From Eledone cirrhosa (Eukaryota): 64,000 bases of DNA. The position numbers and the translations under genes are program-made. Below the pieces are notes generated by a model that was given only the letters and a program-made list of their open reading frames with translations, searched no databases and was not told the DNA's origin. Below are positions 55,909-64,000 of this stretch, piece by piece. Every line of letters begins with the position of its first letter. The stretch's first letter is position 1. The stretch is taken from positions 102,424,001 to 102,488,000 of the forward strand of contig OZ024743.1 of the NCBI GenBank assembly GCA_964016885.1, read 5' to 3'.

Positions 55909-56799
55909 ATGTATGTACGTATTATGTATGTATGTATGTGTGTGTGTGTGTTAAAATGAATGTGATAATGAATGTTCACACACATAAATAACTGATAGTT
56001 TTAAAGTTAGAGGTTATTTTTTTAAATGTCTGGACGTTAACTTGCATCATTAAGGTGCTTGTGAATTGCCTTAGATGAGAAAGCTTTTGCCCACACGTTT
56101 CAGGAGAATTGCGTGACCCATGAAACAAACACAGAAGTGACTCCCCTTGAATAGTTACAAACTGACGTCTACAATGTAAAGAGGAATATGGAGAATTCTA
56201 GTGGAATTATGTTCTTGAATGTAAGGACTAGGTCGCGAATACTGTATAGATGACAAGATGACGAGTTGAACATTAACACTACATAAAAGATGTATTAACA
56301 AGATGTACTGTGTGTACATGCTGTTCAAAGTATGTTGTAGTGAATCAAAGATTTAAGATTAATAAATCTGATATCTAAGTATTATGTACGCATCATTTGT
56401 ATATCACATCATAAACATGTTGATAGGGTAGTAATCCACTAACCTAAAGTTGAACTTAGCAAGAGATTATCAAGGTTGTATCGAGAAATGGGAGATTAAT
56501 GAAGCAATGATAATCAATGAAATATTACAAAAGCAGAAGATTTCTCGCTTTGTCAGTCCTCAAGTGTATAGTATTACGTGAATTCACGGACGTTTGTACC
56601 ACAGGTGCAGTTATAAACACGTAGCTAAGAACTTAGCTTCATACCTAAATAGTTCTATAGTTAATCCCAATTTGTGAGCGAGAATTTACTCAATAGTTTT
56701 AGGTTGACCTGTGAAGCTGAGTGTAATCCCGTTGTATATATATATATATATATATATTGGTAAACGGAATAGAAAATGCTGACAAATTGTTCACAAATT

Positions 56800-57522
56800 G
56801 TTCCTTTCAATTCTTGCCACCCTAGACACGTTAAAATTAATATTCCCTACAACTTAGCCAAGAGAATCTGTACTATAGTCTCCAATAAAAACACCTGCTA
56901 CTTACGGCTACAATGACTAAATGACACACTCATAGGCAGGGACTACGCTGCATCACTAATTGACAATGGAATCCAACGTGTGTTGAAAAAGGACCATAGA
57001 ATGAACCAAATCCTACGAACACACGATATCATAAAAAGCAAAAGACAATCTAAGTCAATGAAAAACATCCTAACACTTGCCAAAGTACTGCCAACCACAA
57101 CAACGAAACCCACAGTAAAAAAATGCGATAGACCCAACTGTGGAATTTGCATCAACCTAATAGAGGGTTCGGAATTCTATTTCAAAGAAGGACAACGTTT
57201 TATAGTAAAACACAATTTCACATGCGCATCAGAAAATCTAATATATGTATTAACTTGCTCAGGTTGTCGAGAACAATACATAGGCCAGAACAAAAACAGC
57301 CTCCACCAACGCATGACTGTCCATAGATCCCAAATTAAAATACGAGAATACAGGAAAATACCACTGAGTGAACACATTGATACCTGTGCCGCCCAAAATC
57401 ATCCCAACTTCAGAATCTTTTCCCTCTACAAATTTAAAGATAATGCCACCCACACCCAGCGCATCAGCAAGGAATCGTACTTTATTAACAAATACGGACT
57501 CCGTCTAAACACTTCTCCCTAA
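56800..57522 (+). pseudogene. PLE4: Neptune-like Penelope thumb, Zn-linker and GIY-YIG fragment
   Basis: FNSCHPRHVKINIPYNLAKRICTIVS (one TGA), in frame with KCDRPNCGIC...FTCASENLIYVLTCSGCREQYIGQ...QRMTVH...ESYFINKY..LN. Confidence 0.85.
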
Positions 57523-58027
57523 GACGAACCCACAACATACACAGGTCAACATACATTCCTGCGTCAGCATACATCTCTGCCCACATGTAAACACAGTGGC
57601 ATACGTGGGCAAACATGTTCTGTGGTGCAACACGGGTATACACAGGTTTGCATGCCTTTTGGTGTCTATAGATATAAACGTGCCGACACACACACATACA
57701 TGGGCGCGCACATGCATTGCGCACTGGTGGGCACGTACATATTTGTGCACAGGTGTTCCAATACGGCAGGGCCTAATGGGTTCCCCTTGCAATGCGTACA
57801 ATCTGGACACACTCCAGATACATATTTGTGCACAGGTATACAATTTATGGGCACACTCCAGATACATGTGTACAGTTTGGGCACAGGTATTCCAATACGG
57901 CAGGGCCTAATGGATCCCCCTTGCGGTGCGTGCAATCTGGACACTCACACACACCTTGGTATTATGCCAATACTATGTATCATTTCACACCTTTTATTGT
58001 TAAGGTTTTTGGTGTTCTATTGGGAGA

Positions 58028-58086
58028 GTCGGTTTTACTGAAGATGTCGAATGGTGTACACGATTTTAACAGAAATAAATACTGAT
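58028..58086 (+). ncRNA. Degenerate HHR remnant in the PLE4 3' UTR
   Basis: gtcggtttta-CTGAAGA-tgt...aca-GAAA-taaatactgat; stem III and cleavage triplet absent. Confidence 0.35.
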
Positions 58087-58192
58087 CCACCCACACACAC
58101 ACAACACATTCTCTCACACACAAACACGCACATATATACACACACACATACAGACGCGTACATTAACATACAAAGAGACACACACACACACA

Positions 58193-58227
<35 letters not shown>

Positions 58228-58907
58228 TTCTCCGTATAAGACAAGAGCTGAAAAAATATCTTTTAACATGTTAAAATATCCCCCACGCACTTACAGACAC
58301 ATTCCTACTGACCATCCCTCTACCACGAATTACTCTGCTACACACACACACACACACACACTTGTCTTAATAGGCATCCGAACTGTCAACAGGCTGCGGT
58401 TCGCACACACATCCCTGCTGACCATTATCACAACAACGAACCTCTTTGCTGCTACTACACTCACACACACACATATCTGTTGTGAGAGACTTATTTCTCA
58501 GTCAGCCGACACAAACCTACATTTGGCGCAAAATCAATTTTTTATATTCACATGACCTCTACCGACCAATCAAAATTGTTTTGACCACAAGAATTTTTGC
58601 AACACGAATTGGCGCAAAACTTATTTTAATACCGCTGGAGCCACTTTTTTAACATAAAAACAGGTAGAATTCCCAAAACTAATCAGATCAGAGCAAACAT
58701 CACGGACGCTCTATCTCAAAATTATTTTTGAAAAGCATTAGAAATGCGCAACCGGTAAAACTTAAAACCAAAACTTAATACTAACCAATACTATTACTAA
58801 TTATCACTTATTCCTAATTAAACTATTTTTCACTGTGAACAGTTTGTCAGCATTTTCAATTTCGTTTACCAATATATCATAACTTGTGTGTTACACCTCT
58901 ATTGTTT

Positions 58908-58946
<39 letters not shown>

Positions 58947-59507
58947 TACCCGGACAAATCAGGAAACAGTAGATGTGGACAGAAGAGGAATTTATTGTAT
59001 ATTCTATCCTTAACATTTATCTTTGCACAATTACATAACAATCTACCTTCGCTGACTACATTATAAAATGTTCATTTATATGCATTATGTGTCTGGAATT
59101 GCACTTCATTAGAAACAGAATTAACAGAGAAAAGGTTGCTCACTTACTGCTGACAAAGCTATATATAAATTTCATTTTGGTATATTTGGAAAATCGGACT
59201 CAGAATATAATATATAAATAACAAAAATAGTGAACAAAAAATAATAATAAATAAGTACAGGAATAACAATAATTATACCAAGTATAGATACTAGATTTGT
59301 ATGCGGAGTGGGGGCGATTTACAGGCTAAATATCCAATGAGAAGATCAGTAGAGTTGTAAATGGAGCAAGGTTCAAATTGAGAACTATGGCTAGTCAGAG
59401 AACCTATTGTAATAATATACTATAGAATGAGGAAGAGGAAGAAAGAAAGAAGTAAAAAGATAAATAGAAAGGGAAGACGTGTATATATATATATACATAT
59501 ATATATA

Positions 59508-60031
59508 TAAAATAAAATAATTAAGTCAAATATTTAAAATTTGGCTTCGTTTATTAAAGGTGTACTGCTATATATATTTCGGTGACAGCCATCCTTGGCT
59601 GTGACCTCTTAAGGCAGTCCGAATTGGTGTGGTAGAGACAGGTATACATGTTGTTGAAGTGTTTAACTCCGTCAATACTCCGATATGCCCAGTTCTTGGT
59701 GGGGGTGTTATTTCTTTGAAGAACTGGAATCAGAGAAATAACAACCCAACCAGAAACTGGGTATATCGGAGTATTGAGGGAGTTAAACACTTCAACAACA
59801 TGTGTACCTGTCTCTACCACACCAATTCGGACTGCCTGAAGAGGTCACAGCCAAGGGTGGCTGTCATCGATATATATATAGCAGTACACCTTTAATAAAC
59901 GAAGCCAAATTTTAAATATTTGACTTAATTACTTTATTTTACATTACTCCGGAGTAACCAAACCAACCTGAGTACTTCGTCGAGTGGTCCAATCTGCATA
60001 CTGAGGTGTCGGTAAACAACCAACATATACT

Positions 60032-60035
<4 letters not shown>
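59508..60035. repeat. Palindromic element with twin outward-facing HHRs (59564-59618 minus, 59831-59885 plus)
   Basis: ~208-bp arms 59511-59719 / 59730-59938; consensus actgc-CTGAAGA-ggtcacagcc..ggctgtcacc-GAAA-tatata-TA-gcagt; both ends run into (TA)n. Confidence 0.85.
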
Positions 60036-60126
<91 letters not shown>

Positions 60127-60156
60127 ATATATATATATGTGTATGAGTGTGTAATA

Positions 60157-60202
<46 letters not shown>

Positions 60203-60208
60203 CGTGTG

Positions 60209-60252
<44 letters not shown>

Positions 60253-60587
60253 TGAAACAAAATGAAAACGAAATTTCATTTCTCACTCTTAGTATGGCAC
60301 TTACTTAAATGTAAGTATGCATGTATACGTACATACATATATGTATACAGACGTACAGTAGCATGCACATATATATATATATATATACATATATACATAC
60401 ATATGCATATATATATACATATATACATACATATGCATACAGGTACACATACATATATGCACGTATCAGTTTAGCGGCGCTTATTATAACGTCGCTTTGT
60501 TCGTTTGTAAACAAACTGAACAGCCGGAATTTATGCCATACGGTGTTAAGGCAACCACGTCACCTTTTTGTTCAACACTGACACAGG

Positions 60588-60632
60588 AACGATGTACTAG
60601 TTTCAAGCTTGTTAGCTATCATCAGCACCGTT
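60588..60632 (-). ncRNA. Minimal type I hammerhead ribozyme
   Basis: aacggtg-CTGATGA-t-agct(aaca)agct-t-GAAA-ctag-TA-catcgtt. Confidence 0.82.
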
Positions 60633-60705
60633 TACCCATCTGCCAGATAGTTGAACGGTCGAAAGTATATACTTTCCTTATGAAAATTAACGGCTGAGCA
60701 GCCTA

Positions 60706-60713
60706 ATTTGCAT
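60706..60713 (-). promoter_or_regulatory. Octamer motif ATGCAAAT upstream of the retrozyme HHR
   Basis: Conserved with copy A; followed by TAATTTTCATA and TATATA. Confidence 0.4.
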
Positions 60714-61063
60714 ATTGAGTGAGTTAAATCGGTCAGGCATACCGAAAACGATAAATTGAAACAAAATGAAAACGAAATTTCATTTCTCACTCTTAGTATG
60801 GCACTTACTTAAATGTAAGTATGCATGTATACGTACATACATATATGTATACAGACGTACAGTAGCATGCACATATATATATATATATATATACATATAT
60901 ACATACATATGCATACAGGTACACATACATATATGCACGTATCAGTTTAGCGGCGCTTATTATAACGTCGCTTTGTTCGTTTATAAACAAACTGAACAGC
61001 CGGAATTTATGCCATACGGTGTTAAGGCAACCACGTCACCTTTTTGTTCAACACTGACACAGG

Positions 61064-61108
61064 AACGATGTACTAGTTTCAAGCTTGTTAGCTATCATCA
61101 GCACCGTT
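61064..61108 (-). ncRNA. Minimal type I hammerhead ribozyme (second monomer)
   Basis: Identical to 60588-60632. Confidence 0.82.
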
Positions 61109-61345
61109 TACCCATCTGCCAGATAGTTGAACGTTGCCTTAACACCGTATGGCATAAATATTTATATCAACTATAATCATGTGTGTATATGAGGTTGAAA
61201 TAAGATGAATATGGTCCACCAGAGATATCACCACCTTAATTGACATAAAGTAAAATAAATGTCCTTAAATTCTGATGGAATCTTCGCGCGCCGTCCTTAT
61301 ATACGGCGTGTCATTGATACTTTAAACCTGCAAGAATAACCCTTC

Positions 61346-61411
<66 letters not shown>

Positions 61412-63734
61412 ATAAACCCATGTACTGGAATGGTTTTCTATTTACCAACCTCGAAAGGATGTAAAAGGCAGGTTTGTCCTCGGCAGGATTTGAACTCAGA
61501 GTTGGGGTCAAATAATGAGACATGTTTAATCTGACGCTGCACCTTATCTGTCAATTCACTGGCTTCTTGCAGTAGTTTAAAAGTTCGCGTTAAAATCACT
61601 TGAATTCATTTTAGATTACTATTTGCACTACGCTGGGAGTGGAGGCAGATATGGCTGTGTAATTAAGAATATTTTGTTTTCCTTCACAACTACGTGGTTT
61701 TCAGCTTCGTAGTTACACGTTTTTAATAATAACCACAAATCGACCAAAGCTTTTGGTAGACAAAACCTGGTAAATATCGGAGTATCCTTTCTTAATTTTA
61801 TGTGGTAGACTTGATCTGCCGCACGGTTTAGAGCCATAACTTTGTTTTGCAATACTTTAGTAAAGTACACTTTGTTGAAAACACTCAAGCAAGGGTTTTT
61901 TGTCTGAGGATAACATTCCGTGCCCTCCCACATGTATGGTAGGATGTGAAACGTTTTACAAGCGCTGCCATTTCTATTCTAATTAAGCAATATTACAAAT
62001 ATATACAATATACAAAAGTGTTGAAAACAGAACTTATAGTTAACATGTTATCTACAACTGGTATAGTTTTATTTTTGAACAACTTTAGTTCCTTTTATTG
62101 AAGGCTGGCTTTCGTATGATATAATGTTCATTAAATCTAAAATATGGAATAAATCAAATATTATCAATATTCCCGTATAAACGGTATAACAAATTATGGT
62201 TCCCGCAACTAAAACAACGATAATGTAAACTGTTATTATCTCTATGAAAAAATACTATAACTTATTATTAACCCATTTAAATATTATCAAAATTGAAAAT
62301 GTATAGAAGTTTTCAAAATACGTTAATCAATTTAATCAATTGACTGCACTTCTGTCTTTTTGTTGCCTTTCAAATATATTAGCTTTCACATAGGCTTTCT
62401 ACCATTGATATCATTGACTCCAAGCGAACAACTACCAACATATTGATTTTCTAAGTAACTTCAGAAAAATAAATTTCATATTTATTCCTTCTTTTCTTGA
62501 TGTACAACGTTTCATTCAATAAATGTTTGTTCTGTATCAGGTAGCGAGTTATTATATTTAGCAGCCACTAACAAACAATAGGAAGCTATCCATCTCTCTA
62601 GCTTGAAATTCCAGCATTAATGTCACTCTAGAAACAGTCTATTACGGAGAATATAATGTTAAATCATTGCTTATTGACATTGTTTTAGCACTGGGTTTTC
62701 TCAACAAATTATCTTCAGTAACAACTACTGTAATTGTAATAATTTCATAAGGATGAATTGTTAGAAATATATTCAAAGAATTCCATTCGCTGTTAGCAAG
62801 AGAATTTGGTCTTAGTTATTCTAACATTGCATAATTGTCGTATGCGACATCTACTTTTATTTGCTATCTTATATTCCTAATTATTGGTTTTTGCAGAGGC
62901 AAAGGAGCAATGCTTTAAACTGTGATAAATATAGTATTTAGAATTGACTCCTTTATATTATTCCAACGTATTTTACTGTAGAGTGTTTCATATACTATTT
63001 ATGATAATACCATCACTAAATTTCACTACATTTCTAGTACTTCAACATTCTTAAAGGTAATTGGATTGAGTTCTGTGTCCAGCTTAGTGGAGTTGTAGTT
63101 ATTTCAGAAGGAGGAAAACTTCAAAATTATAATATAGAAAATTGACATTTTCAGAAAACCTGCCGTCTATATATTCGCCAATGAAAAAAGATGAAAGCAA
63201 TTATATAACATACAAAATTTTATTTTTATTAGGTTTATAAACTTTAAATATTTTATGTTTCTTCCTAGCAGAAATTTATCTACATTTTCTAAATTCAGAA
63301 ATGGGCAACTATTTTTATATATCAGTTTTACTTATGATATATTTTTTGAAGGTTTTATCGATTTGATTTAATAGTTTTATTTCCATAATCCCATCAATCT
63401 CTTAATTTTTTTGTCTTTATTGTATTATCTATCTTTAGATATTGTTGCTATTTCGGTGGGATATTTGACAAAAAATTTGGTTCTGAACTTTTTCATCTTT
63501 CAATATAGCTAGGATTTGTCTTGTTGCTATATCAATGGTTTTTCCGGCAAGATATTATTGCTTTAAAAACATTTTATTTTATTACTTACTTTTTATTACT
63601 ATTATTAAAAAGGTATTTCATGGATTTGTTATATATATTATTATAAGAGCTTTTAGAACACCATAGGACATCTTTTCGAAGACTTGGAACGAACTATATT
63701 AATACCATCATCTCTTATCAAAATGCATTATTAT

Positions 63735-63843
63735 TTCTGAGTTCAAATCCCGCCGAGGTTAACTTTGCCTTTCATCCTTACGGGGTCGATAAAATAAAGT
63801 ACCAGTAATGCTGGCCTTGTGCCAAAAGTAGAAACAATTATTA
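63735..63843 (+). mobile_element. 5'-truncated Nin-like SINE
   Basis: ctgagttcaaatcccgccgaggttaactttgcctttcatccttacggggtcgataaaataaagtaccagt...tagaaacaattatta. Confidence 0.85.
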
Positions 63844-64000
63844 TGAGAATAATAAGCGCAACGAATGTCTAATGCGACCTCTTTGGTTTCGCTTAAGCCT
63901 CATTTCTAGACATAATGTCTGTCATTTCCCTTCAATCTTTGTTGAAGTATATTTTGATATTTATTATAAAACATTGACATTCTGATATCTTACCAATATC

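Larger units (their letters stand above)
60247..61159 (-). mobile_element. Non-autonomous hammerhead retrozyme-like element, copy B (~1.8 tandem monomers plus 27-bp 5' inversion)
   Basis: 60247-60657 repeated at 60751-61133; two HHRs; 61133-61159 is the reverse complement of ~61005-61031; 3' end in (TA)n. Confidence 0.8.

Noticed and set aside
59554-59895. Mirror-image 88-aa ORFs on both strands
   Set aside because: By-product of the palindrome; no recognisable protein features.

Overview
AT-rich, microsatellite-saturated eukaryotic non-genic DNA, most consistent with an octopus/cephalopod genome (inferred from tRNA-SINE types and (TA)n/(CA)n density). No host protein-coding gene is supportable; nearly all listed ORFs are dinucleotide-repeat artefacts. 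The window holds a nest of Penelope-like retroelements (PLEs; RT plus C-terminal GIY-YIG endonuclease) inserted into (TA)n tracts: two with intact ORFs (6437-8878 minus, Naiad-like; 22291-26094 plus, different lineage), one 5'-truncated (29064-32242) and several decayed copies. Each well-preserved insertion has a 5'-truncated inverted copy fused head-to-head, giving inverted repeats of about 4.3 kb, 2.5 kb and 0.6 kb. At least 19 type I hammerhead ribozyme (HHR) or HHR-like motifs were read from the sequence. The most novel-looking signal is a non-autonomous ~470-500 bp HHR 'retrozyme' family (1265-1775 and 60247-61159). It shows covarying ribozyme stems, a conserved ATGCAAAT octamer and PSE-like motif upstream of the HHR, permuted ends and a PLE-style 5' inversion. 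Three palindromic twin-HHR elements lie at about 34.6, 36.4 and 59.7 kb. RTE, CR1 and Tx1 LINE fragments and many tRNA-derived SINEs fill the rest. All alignments and folds were done by eye, so boundaries are approximate to a few nt.
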